From contig OZ024741.1 of the NCBI GenBank assembly GCA_964016885.1, positions 162,874,001 through 162,938,000 of the forward strand: 64,000 nt of DNA, written 5' to 3'. Position 1 is the stretch's first letter; each line of letters opens with the position of its first letter. The notes under the pieces are model-generated. The model was not told the origin of the DNA. It did no database searches and saw nothing but the letters and a program-made list of their open reading frames with translations. Shown one piece after another: positions 35,356 to 48,690 of the stretch. The stretch comes from Eledone cirrhosa (Eukaryota). The position numbers and the translations under genes are program-made.

Positions 35356-35759
35356 AATTACTCACTCCACTCTTTTTACTATCTAAATAGATATCATCTG
35401 CTCCTCACTTCCACTACTCTATTGAAGAATAGAGGTGATCGCCGTTTCAACACCTGCCGTATTATAAATACACTTTAGTTAGAGGAATAAACCCTAAGAA
35501 TATATTCCAGACACCCTCTAAATAACATTCTTTATGACTTCCTTTACAACTGCTAAAATAGTGTACATACCAAATTTATATGGGATTCCTTTGTCGTTAT
35601 GGTAAATGATATATTGCAAGAGGCTTGTATTTTCCCATTGCATAAGAGATAGTGACTTAAGAAAAGACGTTAAGGGTGGACGTTTCCCTAACTTATCATT
35701 CAATGCCTTCAAAAATTGAAAATTATTGATGTTGTTATAGAGTTTATTATTAGTCAAGT

Positions 35760-35960
35760 TAACTAATCCATTTATTGGTTGAGTTCTCGATGCCGCCGTC
35801 TTTCAGTTGCCAGACGCCCTTTGACAACGGTGATGAACTTTTCATACGTTTGTATCTAAAAGTATATATGTGCTGTGGAAAGCGGGCTTGAAAAGTCTTT
35901 TCTGTCACCCCAGTGTAGATTTTTGACTTGTTTCCGTTGCTCTTAGATCTTTTATACAAG
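35760..35960 (-). pseudogene. PLE GIY-YIG endonuclease remnant
   Basis: KIYTGVTEKTFQARFPQHIYTFR..SPLSKGVWQLK aligns with the 9834-10868 product. Confidence 0.7.
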
Positions 35961-36156
35961 TGTCTTGGAGATGCATTTGTTATAATGTCGGTATTGTGAT
36001 TTATGCCTGCAGTTGTCGTCTTGAAAAAAAAAGGAGTATAGAAGTGAAAGAGTCTACGGTAGACGAGGGATAATATACAGCTTGTGTGCAACAAAAACCC
36101 TAAATATTCTCGATGCAACAACCAAACACATTGAAGCGCACAAGACGAAACGTTAA

Positions 36157-36236
36157 CCCTTTGCTTTCCTTCATAAAAATTTAACATGCAAATCATGTAT
36201 GTACATGCTTATACCGGAAGAGTTAATGTAAAAGGG
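36157..36236. mobile_element. Possible tiny piggyBac-like MITE
   Basis: TTAA-cccttt...aaaggg-TTAA; the TIR is very short. Confidence 0.35.
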
Positions 36237-36254
36237 TTAACGATTGCATCAGTT

Positions 36255-36740
36255 CAGGGATTATGGACAATTTATAAAAATCCTTGCCATGGCACTTCTA
36301 CAGTGGGGCGCTACCATTTCGAAACAAGCTCTACAGACACGGAATTGCTAACAGCCGGTCCTGTTCGAGATGCACACAGGGCAACAAAGCCCGTGTACCG
36401 CAGACCTGTGGACTTGTGTCGATCAACTGCTATCACGTGTAGAATAAATACAGTTATCATATGGATCTATAGTGAGCATTGCGCTACCTACTCCGTTTAC
36501 AAGGAAGGTGCCATAAATCTAGTTTCTGTTAGCTGTGGTGAAGGAACTTTTATGGTGGACACGTCTAAAGGGTTTGAGGAAAGTAATCTTCCTCTTCCGC
36601 CAAGCCCCCATTAATCTTTTCAAGTGCAATACGGGGAAGAATATTAGGGTAGAGAGGGAAGAGCTGGCTTCTTGTGTTTTATGATAGTGTGAGAGCGGTG
36701 AGATTGATGATGCTGAATTGGTCTACTCAGATTACGTTTT
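36255..36740 (+). mobile_element. Old 3' fragment of a Tx1 related to the element at 21491-27509
   Basis: MDNL*KSLPWHFYSGALPFRNKLYRHG..CSRC and VKELLWWTRLKGL match the Tx1 ORF2 C-terminus. Confidence 0.8.
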
Positions 36741-36956
36741 TCTAAGCAGAAGCAAAGAAAGTGAGAATGGATGCTTTCAATGCTCGTGAGACGGCAGAGT
36801 AATCCGAGTTTCATGTGAATTAATTATTGTATTTTATTTTAATCATGAATAACTATTACAATTAATATTATTATTGTACCGACTGTTTTTCCTTTGACGT
36901 TGTCCTCTTTCCTTTACTCCATGTAAATGTCCCTCTGCTTTGTTTTTCTCCTTGTA

Positions 36957-37003
36957 TTGTCTGATGACTCATTATGTACTGAGGAAACATTCCAGAGTAA
37001 CAA
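36957..37003 (+). ncRNA. Minimal type I hammerhead ribozyme
   Basis: ttgt CTGATGA ctca ttatgtac tgag GAAA c attccaga g TA acaa. Confidence 0.8.
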
Positions 37004-39935
37004 AACTCAAACTTAGTCTTAATAAACAAAATATTAATCACTACTACAGTACTGAATACTCATTCTCGCGTTCGCCAATACAGTGGTTAAAAATAATGAT
37101 TTCTTACTTTGGCACCAGACCAGGTTTGTTGAAAGATGGAATTGATCTCTCTACTGAACTGTTATTTATATTATCGATCAATGTACGATGAACGGCAATG
37201 CACACACCGCGGGGTTTTGAATCAAAATAATCAATAAAAAAACACCTTTTGTCCAGCTGTCAACAGATTTACTATCTAACATATTTCGTACCATTTTTAT
37301 AATAATAGTGACGACAGAAAATGTCTGAGGGACGCCATAGATGTTTTATGAATTCTTAAAATACATCACTTTTCTTTTGAATAGAATAAATACTAAAATG
37401 AACAACAAGATGTTTTTCTTTACTGTCAACATTTTGTGAAGTATATCTAAATCCACAGGAAGCTCTGGAAAAGCCAACTAACCCAAGAATACACCAATTA
37501 AATTGTGAACGTTACATATATATAAAAAAAAAAACGAGTTAAAAATAATGCCAGGTTCTTAGGGGTAAATTTCTACATAATGATAACAAAGACAATTAAG
37601 AAAAAAATACGATGAATGCAATGACATTGATTAACGACAGTTCTTAGATATTACTAGTAATTTAAATATCAACCTTATAAATTTACCATGAATAAATCTT
37701 AAAGAAACATCGATCCCGTACTTGAAAATAAATTCAAAATAACGAGCGTAATCTGACTACAATTAATGGACATCTTCTAATTCGGTTTCTATCCGGAAGA
37801 CTAATGTAACCAATCAATTATTTTACGACGGCTTGGTTTCTGTATTCAGTGAACTTGTCCAATAAAAATTTAGTAAACAAATAGTGCATGTTAGAAATAC
37901 ATGTAAATATTGAACCATACCTCAATTTTATTACTTCTGTTATTACTTATTTCATTTTGACTAAGAAGGATGGTTGTAAGTCTTGCCTTATACTAGTGAC
38001 AAAAATGAAGCGGAATTGAATTCCCTGATGATCGAAGCAAAGTCGTAGTCTTTAATTGCTAGAGGCTTATACTATTTGTGTGATCATCGCAATAATTATG
38101 TACCTATGGAACCTGTATTTCCATTTGCAACACTGCGATCAGTATCATTGTATGCTTAGGAATTCATGCTTTTCTATCTTATAGTGTATCAAACATTTCT
38201 GTTACCGATCTTTTAATTTCTCTAAAGAAAATGTATTTCCTCTTGACATCGGATATTTATAGCGAAAAAGGGAAGATATGCTGGAAGAACAATAATTGCA
38301 TTCTTTAGGTAACCAGGAAGCTTAGTGAATTTGATGGGAGATAAAAGTCAAATTTATGGTATTCCTGCCTTTGCGAGTGAAGTAAAATGATTAAATCATG
38401 AATCAGAATTAGCATGCGGATTTGGTTTATCGGTAGCTCACTATAACTCTACAGCATTCGTCTTACTTACGAATAAAACAAGGAATATTTCAATTTGGCT
38501 GTTTTGTTAAGTCATCCGCCTAGTATAAGAGGAAGGGAAAATGTCTTTAATTGCACTTTCCATTTCATAATATGCAAAAAAAAAAAAAAAGAAGCCGGCA
38601 GAATGTGTTTTACAACTAGAAAGCCCAGATAAACGCAGCAGTAAGGAATCTTGTCCACGGCCATCCGACAACCCCTCTGAAATTCTGCATTGCTAAATTT
38701 CTAAAGGTTTGAGTTATGATCATGAAGAATAAAACATATTTGAGTCTGTAAGGAACCTTTTTTTTTTTGTTTCATTTCGTCAAATCGAAGCCGTACATCA
38801 TTTAACCCCTTTGATACGAACCCGCATCCAGCTCTACGATACAAAATTATTTGGTTTAAAAGTTTTCATATTTATAAAAAAAAATACCTTTCAAACTAAT
38901 TTAATATAAGAACACCACATTAATGAGAAAGTTATATTATTAAATTCCTCCAAATTCTTGATTACTTTCAGGATTATCTGAAAATTATATGTAATAACTT
39001 TCATAAGAAATACGGCAATGATAGAGTTGAAATCTAGTCGCTAAACAGAGAAAGTATATTTTGTAAATACTAACTACATACAAATCTACTTTCCTCCCAA
39101 AAAAGAAAGAAAAAAGAATAAAAAGTAACTGTCATGTGACTGAATAAATTTGAACTTTTATTATACTTTTATCAATTATATGTTAATAGTAGATGAAATA
39201 TATATATTTTATCTGCACACACATTAAAGATTGAACACAAAGACCATCTGCTTTTGGAACCAATACACATCAGAAGGATTAAAATATTAACAAAGTCTTA
39301 ACTCCTAATATTAAAACCATAACCGCACTCATCATCAACCACCACCAGCACCGTCATATACCAAGACCGACGCCTCACTACTACTACTACTACTGCTACT
39401 ACTACTACTACTACTACTTATAGTAATTTGCATTAATATTTTACAGTATAGTATTAATGATTTCTTATATCGGTGTAAGCGAGGGATGTAATCGATTGAA
39501 TATACTACAATATATTACTGGTATCTTTTTCACGCATTCTAAAGAGAAGAAATTTAAAGGCATGTAATCGATTGAATGCACCACTTTGTATTACTTGTAA
39601 CTAATTTATGCAATCTTAAGAGAACACATTTAAAGATGAGTTCATGAACTTTGAAACCAGACGGCATAGTTTCAAAACAAAACAAAATAATAGTGTGAAG
39701 CATTTATATTATAAATAATATAAATATGTGTGTGAGTGTTTAACATTTCTTCATCCTGGTTTCTATCCATTATCAGGTACATTTATACAAAACGTCGAAT
39801 GTTTTTTGGAAGTTTAATTTCTGATAGAGCTTTGATGAATCAATTCGGTTTCTTTGCTGATTTTGTAACTACATTGAGATTAAACCTTTGTTAATATATC
39901 TTTCTTTATCTAAATGTTTACCCTTGCTATATATA

Positions 39936-40400
39936 CGAGGTGTGTCAGAAAAGAAACAGGAGTGGGATCGCAATGAAACATTTCAAATCCAAACTAAGAA
40001 ATACAAGTTTTACCCGTCGAAATAATCCTTTACGAGTCTAACGCACCTTTTCATTCTTCTCCACTACGCGCCCCATGCACTCCTGGCTGGAAGGATTCTA
40101 CCAAGATTCTTTGCAGTTTCGATGTCATAGCTCCTTTGATGTCTTCCACGTCCGGAAAACTGGCCTCTTGATGGCCATCACCACTGATGATTTCCCCCAG
40201 CAAGTTCGGTTTGGTTTCATGACGTCCGAGGAGGTCCCGACACACCTACATGCATGCGCCTCTCCTTCTGGTCATCCTCCATCATCTTTGACACCATCTT
40301 CGCGCAAATCTTCAGCGTGCTCAAGTCTTCTGTGATAATCTTCCAAATGCTGTTGCGGTTCATGCCCATCTCACCTGCATGTACTCATACTTTCTTACAT
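39936..40400 (-). mobile_element. Internally deleted mariner transposon remnant
   Basis: TA|cgagg end; minus strand reads KIITEDL..KICAKMV..DQKERR and FPDVEDIKGAMTSKL. Confidence 0.7.
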
Positions 40401-40779
40401 GGGTTGCGTGTTATTAGACGGTGGTTTGACAGCTATCGCTAGCAGATCTGGGAATTGCGTAAAACATCACCTCTATGGCTCCTATACACCATTTATTGGT
40501 TTTGATTTTATTTTAGTTGCGTTGCATATTAGATACCACACCAAAACCTGTTAACTCCTCATGGAGTTGTAGGGGCGGGTGCTCTCATGACATTTAAATT
40601 TAAGTATTTAACCTGTTAGATCCCATTTCTCTAGGACTGAACACAATTGATTTCTCCCAGAGAAAAATGAGAGAATGAGGTAAAGAGAAAGAGAAGGAAA
40701 GGGTGAGAGAGTAAGGAGCGGGGCGAGAATGAAGAATCGCCTCTCAATTTTGAACTGGTTTATTATTTATCGACCTTAG

Positions 40780-41070
40780 GACGGTTGATTGGCAGAATCG
40801 GTAGAGCGTCGGACAACATGCTTAGTGGCATAGAGTCCCGCCAAAGTTAACTTTGCCTTTCGTTCTTTCATTCTAAAATAAAGCACCAGTAACGTACTGG
40901 GGTCGATCTAATCGACTTTCCCCTCCTCCCACCAATTAATGGCATTGTGCCTATACTAGAAATCATTATTTCTCGACCTTGAAAAGATAGAAAGTAAATT
41001 TGACTATAACGAAATTTGAAATCAGTGCTCAGAGACAGAACGAATACCGCCTCTGCTAAATCACCGCCTA
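40780..41070. mobile_element. Main-family SINE (+, about 40780-40970) followed by a decayed opposite-strand fragment
   Basis: Homology to the other SINE copies; ends agaaatcattatt. Confidence 0.75.
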
Positions 41071-41673
41071 TGTCATATTAGAAATGTCCATATAATTATA
41101 CAGATACTAGATTTCAGCTTAACTTGAAATTAAGCCAAGAAACGAGAACATATTTGATTTTTTAACCGTTTTGAAATAACGAACCTCGTATTAAATCTTA
41201 CTAGGTTACGGATCTATTTAAATCGCAATTATGAATTGCATCAGCAGAAGTGTATAATATCTTTACAAATAACAAATTACATTTTAAATATAAGATAAAT
41301 GCACAACAGTGTGTAAACTGGATTTGTTTGTGTTTTTGGTCCTTTTCCACTAAATATCCATATATAACGATGTTCTATTCGAATACGATACTCATGAAGC
41401 TAAAGTTAATAAGCACACACATACACGCAAATATATATATATATATACGAATGTACATACAGGTATGTGTGTGTGTGTATGTGTCTGTGTGTGTGTGTGC
41501 TTCTGTAAATATTTAGAAGTCATATATCATGTCACGTAATGTGTGATTGTAAATTTAATTTTTGTATATGTGTAATTATACATACATACGTATATATGAA
41601 AAATACATACACATACACACGCACACACATATATATGCACACACATATACACACGTATAAACCCCCCCCCCCC

Positions 41674-41707
<34 letters not shown>

Positions 41708-42974
41708 AATTTATCTGGCATGATATATGACTAAACTTTCGAATCTATAAAGAAGAAAAATAACAAAAAGCAAAACAAACAAAAAAAAAAAGAAACTTTA
41801 CAACTAATTAGAATACTACGCTGCAAAGTGATTTAGAAATGGTTTATTTAATATTTTTCCCACCCGTGCTGATTTTGTCGTTTTATTCTGTGATTCAATC
41901 TACTGCTTTGCGTTAGCATGTTAGATTACAATTATGATTTGTTACATTTTTACAAGGTTTCATGTAGTGTTATAAGATCATAGGTTCGTAATGTGACGGT
42001 GCATAGTCGATGATAGTGGTGAATGGAATAAATACACGCCGTCTAGAAAATGTATTGACGGCTCGAAATGCGCCCCATTGTGGTAAATATGTTTTTGATG
42101 TAGTATGAAATATAATTTATTTTAGCTAGATATGTTCCTAGAATCACACAAAATATTTTATATCCCTGTTAATTATAAAGGTCAATTTTTCTTGTTCAAC
42201 ATCTATTATGTCGAATAAAGTTGTGAACATACGATTTTCATTAAAATAGATACACAACCACCTAGTTCACCCGATTTGTAAGATATTAAACTGGGTGTTA
42301 GTTCTGTTGTGTTTCGATTAATAGAGGCATGGGCATACTTAGTATTGTAATATACAGATAAAATTCGTTGCGCAAACTTATTGTCGACGACAAGCTTTTC
42401 ATGCTGATAAACAGGTTTTCCTGACGTAAAACCTGACATTCTTGCCACAAAAATGGAGAGAAAGGATCTCCTACACCAGTTCAAAATTTGTCAACATAAT
42501 CTATTATCTGAGCCATAGAGAGCTTATTGCGATTTAGTTGTTCTTAAATACCCTAAAGGCTTTCTTATCAAGTCAAATTCCGTTTCACAACCATCTGTAA
42601 AAGCATTTCAGAACTCATCTATGGTATCTGGTCAGCGGGTATTTAATTCTAGTGGGATTAAAATCATATTATTTGATTGCCATCATTTTGAAAATCCAAA
42701 CAATTTATTCTATTTACCCTACTTACAAATGACTATACCTCCCTGGTTTATTTGAATTGAATTTATTATATACCATTTTATATAAACGGGCATGCTGTGA
42801 TACTCATATCATACGCTAACGTTAGTCGAAGCTTCTCGTCATGGTGCAACTCAGAAAAACAAAAACAAAACGAAAAGAGAAATATAACATAGAAACAGAG
42901 AGATCTGCAATGTTTTGTTGAACGCATCTTACATAGATGGAAAAATATAATATTTCATTTGTGTATTATATACA

Positions 42975-43164
42975 GGCGTTGGATTGGCAGTATCGGTAGA
43001 GGGTCTGACGCCATGCTTTTCAGCTTAGAGTTACGGCCCTTTATGATCTGAGTTCAAATCGCGCCGAGGTTAACTTTGCCTTTCATCCTTACGGAGTCGA
43101 TAAAATAAAGTACCAGTAATACACTGGTATAATTGCTGGCCTTGTGCCAAAAGTAGAAACAATT
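42975..43164 (+). mobile_element. tRNA-derived SINE (main family)
   Basis: A box, B box, core and 3' end present. Confidence 0.88.
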
Positions 43165-43169
43165 ATATA

Positions 43170-43268
43170 TAGGTGTCCCCCCAAAATGTATACACAATTT
43201 GATTACCTGTACAGGCAATATTTATTAGAAAGTTATTGAAGTGTGTATACATTTTTTTGAACACCCTG
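43170..43268. mobile_element. Tc1/mariner-type MITE
   Basis: Imperfect TIRs of about 25 bp (aggtgtcc..aaaatgtatacac / gtgtatacatttt..acaccctg) with TA flanks. Confidence 0.6.
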
Positions 43269-43397
43269 TATCTATCTATATATATATATATATATCAACA
43301 GTCGATCGACTTTCGTCAAATCGGACCAAGGAAACAATGTTTCCGTTTCTCTTTTCAATTAGCTGGCGATGTGTATGCATGTATGTATGTATGTATG

Positions 43398-46300
43398 TTC
43401 TTCTGGTTTTATAATTTCACAAATTTTTTCCCAAAAGAGAGAGAGTCGGTTTCTAACATAGACACAAGACTCTCTCATTGGAATTTACACAATCACAACT
43501 AGGTAGATTATGTATGCATGCATGTGTAGATATGGTTGTTATTGTATGTGTGGATGTGTATGTTTTAAGTTGTATGTGTGCATGTGTATATGCTTTGTAT
43601 CTATACATGTATATATGCAGTTATTATATGCAACAGTTTTGGAATGTTTTACATATTTTTACTGTTCCATTAATGGATTGTACTTGTAATTTCCTAAGTA
43701 GATGTGTTCTTTCTGTTCATGTGAAGCCTAGCTTCTCAAGATTTGTATTGAGGCAGTTACTAACATACCCCAGTGCCCCAATAACCACAGGCATAAATCT
43801 AAATGTGTAATCAGGAGGGAGTATCTGTAGATTTTTCATCAGTTCTGCATAATATTCTCCCTTTCGCTAATCTTTGATATTATATTGGCACCTGCTGGGC
43901 AGCTAATTTCCACTACTGTGCATGTTTTCTTCTCCCTGTCCCATATCATAATATCTGGTCTGTTATGCCTGGATTTTATTGGGGTTTTTACTGGAACATT
44001 CCACGAGTACTCTTTCATATTATGTACATGGATGTCTTCCACATTGCTGTAGCTTTTAATGTGTTTATTATCGGGGCTATCTTTTTTACGAACTGCATTG
44101 TACAGTGTTTTGGCCACTACATTATGCCTAATAGGTAGATAGTACCGCGATGACATCTTTGGGCAGCTGCTGATGACATGGGTGATATCCTCGATGTTAG
44201 TTCTGCAGAGCCTGCACTTGTTATCACATCTAGGTGTTTTGCCTGCATCCCTATCTCTTTTGTGAATCAGGTATCTCGTGTTAATCTGCTGTTCTTGGAT
44301 GGCAAAAGCGTATCCTTCAAAGTGGGAGCCAATATAGCGGTTGTTGGTTCAAGATAAACTACTTACGTTATCTATATTACTCTCTCTCTCTCTGGAGCTT
44401 CCTGGCAACAGATCCATGCATGATGTTTTGCTGATAAGCATGCAGCTTTTAAGCCATGGATTCACTGTGATACTGCTGAGCGACTTCCCTGGGTGTGAGT
44501 TTTTGATTATCACACAGGGAATAACTCTCGAGGAGTTCCTTCCCAACTCTCATGATCTTATCTGTTTCATGCAGATAGACTTGCTCTAGAGACGGGCTCC
44601 TACGCTTCGAGTTTCGTAGATGTTGTCGGAGAGATATGATGCTACATTCAAAAATTGTCTGGACTGATGTTAGGCCGCTGCCTCCCTGCTTACGTTTCAA
44701 GTAAAGGCGGTCTATGTTACTGTTGATGTGGAGGTCTCCAGTGTTGTTTAGTATTTTTCGAGTTCCAACATCAACTGCTCAGATTTCGTCTATCGTCCAA
44801 TTGAGTATTCCAAACGTTGGTGTTAGGACAGGCACAGCAACCAGATTGTGAGCCATTGTTTTGTTTTGAGCAGAGAGTTCCGCTGACCAAATCATTCTTA
44901 TTCCGGTGTAGTATTCCCTGGTTACGCGTTTCTTATTACAGATACCATTATAGGATATGTTCTCATCTATCCCCAGGTATATGTAGTAGTCCTCATCAGA
45001 TATCGGAGAAACAGTTAGGCCATTGATGACAATGTTGCTAGATTGGGTTGTTGTTTTTCCTCGCTTTACAGTCATATATGAGCATTTATCTTGGCCAAAC
45101 TCCATTCCTATTCCCAGGTATCTGTAGCAGTCCTCATCAGATATCTGTGAAACAGTTAGGCTATTGATGACAATGTTGCTAGATTGGGTTGTTGTTTTTC
45201 TCCGCTTTACAGTCATATATGAACATTTATCTTGGCCAAACTCCATTCCCATATCCTTTGAGAACGTTGTTACCAGGTCAAGATTTTTCTTCATCCCATC
45301 CATGTTCTTGTCATAGAGTTTCAGATCGTCCACAAAGAAATTATGGGTTAGGTTCGTATTTCTGTCCTCCTGTTAGCTAATGATGTATCCCTCACATTTC
45401 TTGAGCAGAAAGGTCAAGGGGTTTAATGACAAGATGAATAATATCACAGAGAGACTGTGCACCCTCTCTGTCTTTAACCTTAGGATAGTAGCCCAAGAAG
45501 AAGACAGCCTCTCTATGGCTCTGACAATAATGTCTGGGACTTTAGCAAGTTGGAGGGCCTCTATCATCCAAGAGTGGGGAACAGAATCGAAAGCTTTCTT
45601 GTAGTCCAGCCAAACTGTAGCCATATTCCTCCTAAGTTGTCGCACCTCCGACATCGCAGTTTTGTTGATTAGGAGTTGTTCAGCACATTCCAAAACCCCT
45701 TTCTTTCTAGCTGCTTGTTCAACTGTGATGATGTTATTATTTTCACAGTGATCTTGGAGGAATATGTTCAGGCAGGCTGTATACATCTTATACATCAGGT
45801 TCTGGCATGCAATGGGTCGGTAGTTTTTTGCCAAGTGGGTGTCTTTGTTCTTGGGGACCAGTAATGTTTGTGCTAATGTCAACCATTCTGGTATAAGTGT
45901 ATCGCCCTTAAGAACTTGTTGGTAGATGTCAGTAAGATACCTCCAATAGAATATCAGTTTTTTGTACCAGTAGCCGACAATCATGTCTCTTCCTGGTGTT
46001 TTCTTATCTTGGAGTTTTCCTATCACAGTCTACCCTCACTTATTTCGTATGTTTTTGTTGTAGTGTAGGAGCAATAGTTCTTTCGGATTTCTCTTAGCCA
46101 CACTGCATCATGGTTGAAATTCTTCTTTTCACCCCATATTTTGCTCCAAAAGGAATCTATGTCTCTCTGGAATGGGGCCTGAGTGACACTTATTATTTTT
46201 TTCTTCATATCTCTATAGACTGATGTTTGGTTTCGTCTGAATCTTTTATTAGGCACTTTTCTCTCATCTACTTTCTTCAGGTATCGGCGTTTTTCGCTGA

Positions 46301-47580
46301 CAGCTCTCACTTCTTATTTGAGGGTGATCAGCTTATATTGAAGAGTTCTGGTTCTACTGTTACCAAACATCGTCTCTATTTTATTTTTCACTTTTTGTTG
46401 GTGAGGAGTGAGGTTTTTTTTGTGTTTGTTTGCATGTAAGGAACATTGTCACATATCCTATGGTTTTTCGTAGGTCAGCAATCTTTTTTTCTATTTTAGT
46501 TATATATGATGGTATTTTTGGTGGTGTTCTGTTCTTGTTAATATCTCTGCTATCACCAAGATAAAGCTTCACTGTCGTTGCTAAGGCATATAAACAGGCG
46601 TTGATTTGCCAAAATGTTGGGGTTTTTATCCGTCGTAAATATTCATCCCTATTTCGCCAATAACACGTAATATTTCATTAGATGTTTTTTTTATTTATTA
46701 AACATTGTCGTTTTAATACGTTCAGCAAGAGAGATATTTATACATGAATTAATTTCTCTCTGGAAGATTTCGTTGAGGGAAATTTTCAATTGTTTATACT
46801 TTTGATTATTATCATTATCGATAGTATTTTCCACAACAGTCGAGGTAGACTCGGATGGTACACGTGGTGTCAAATTTCTTCGATCATTATTATTATTTCT
46901 TCGATTATTATTATTATCGATAGTGTTTTCCCCAGCATTCGAGGTAGTCTTAGATGGTACAGGTGGTGTCAAGTTTCTTACAGGCATAGTTGTTTCAAGG
47001 CGCTGTTCGACCTGGTTGTTAGGAAGTCTAGTAGCATGGCGACCTGTAGCTCATGTTGTTGATCCCATATTTGTTGTTAGCGACTTATAATTAATACTAT
47101 TTATCTTATTTTTACGTTCAACAAACGTCGCTTGTTGGCGTAAATGTTTCGCTGTGAAATAATTTAGCCCTGGGTGCATTTCGTCCCAGTGTAGCTTCAT
47201 TCTATTCATATAGCCAATGTAGGGATTGTTTTTTGCCATTTTATAACAATTAAATAAATCATTATTAAGTTCACAACTCCAAGAGAAATGCAATTTATAA
47301 TTTCGGTTTCTTCTGTAGCTACAACTGAATAAAGTTTGTTAACCTTTCTTGTTTGTCTTCCTTAATTTTGTTGTTAATGTTGTGTTCAGCTATGCTGTTT
47401 GTAGCAAATACTTGTAAAATGAATTATGTATTTAGTCTGATATCTCTACGAATTCGAATAAAAAGTGTCTTCAGAAGATATAGTTGACTATAGTTGTGGC
47501 ATTTACTGTCGGTGATAGTATTCATCTTAAGTTTAATAAATAGTCTCCCACGCCAAAATAGGCGACTCATCGCGTTGACT
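43398..47580 (-). mobile_element. Dong-B, near full-length but degenerate, in (TATG)n
   Basis: N-terminal domain WS..LN.DL..CY..GYMNRM..W, RT, CCHC and RLE pieces in order; (TATG)n on both sides. Confidence 0.9.
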
Positions 47581-47769
47581 GTATGTATGTATGTATGTAT
47601 GTATGTATGTATGTATGTATGTATGTATGTATGTATGTATGTATGCATGTATGTATGCGGAAGAACTCATAAGGGTCAACGGCTATCCAAAAGTGTGTAA
47701 ATATGTCTATACACGTGTACATGTGTGTGTGTGTATGTGTATATGCATGAGTGCATGTGTATTTATATG

Positions 47770-48125
47770 CGCGGGGACATAGAAATAGTCGGGCTGGACA
47801 CCCGATCGCGCGGTTAAACCACTGGGAGTGAAGGACCCCTAGACTTTCTCAGGGCATTCTTCTAGGTGAAGGCAACTCAGGAAACTGGGATAACTCCGAT
47901 ATAAAACCTGCGGCTCAGTAGTTACCGATGATGTTGGTCTTTTCTTCTTTTCGTGTTATAGCTACTGTCGCTCAGAGAGAGGGATTGGCTCAGTGCACAG
48001 TCTTTCGTCACTTTAAAAATAATCTCCACGCACAGGCATTGCACGATAGAATTAATTAATTATTATTAATAATGGTATATCGTGCAATGGCCATACTCGA
48101 TAACGAGGGGGGCAACCATCATCAT
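47770..48125 (+). mobile_element. Non-autonomous RTE-derived element
   Basis: Same 5'UTR motifs as 6551 and 34776; 3' end ggccatactcgataacgag..catcatcat runs into (TATG)n. Confidence 0.7.
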
Positions 48126-48182
48126 GTATGCATGTATGTATGTATGTATGTATGTATGTATGTATGTATGTATGTATGTATG

Positions 48183-48410
48183 TTCTCATTTTCTTCTTCT
48201 TTTTTTTATTTTTTTGACCGGCCACCTTCCTGGTGGCAAGGTTGTAAAAGAAAAGAAATTGTCATCCCTTGAATCGCAAGAATGTTTTGCAAATTTTGAA
48301 GGTGCCAGCTGTCGCAGCCATTTGTAGACTATGAATTAGGGAGCTGCGCTTTTTGTCCGCAAATCCAAGTTCAGTCATACTTTGGTCCAAGCGGGTTGGT
48401 ATATAACCCG

Positions 48411-48411
<1 letters not shown>
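48183..48411 (-). mobile_element. Dong-C 3' fragment in (TATG)n
   Basis: Matches 50192-50422; (TATG)n on both sides. Confidence 0.85.
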
Positions 48412-48442
<31 letters not shown>

Positions 48443-48690
48443 TGTATGTATGTATGTATGTATGTATGTATGCATGTATGTATTTATGTGTGTATGCATG
48501 GATGTATGCATGGATGTATGCATGATTTATGCATGGATGTATGTATGTAAATATGTATGTATGAAACATGTGTGTATGTATGTATACATGTATTTATGTA
48601 TGTATGCATGTAGGTATGCATGGCTGTATGTCTGTGTGTAAATATGTATGTATGCATGGATGTATGTATGTGTGTAAATATGTATGTATG

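Noticed and set aside
42206-42870. Possible host exons (92-aa minus-strand ORF and a GTAAGT donor at 42721-42726)
   Set aside because: All frames upstream of the donor contain stops and no protein similarity was recognised.
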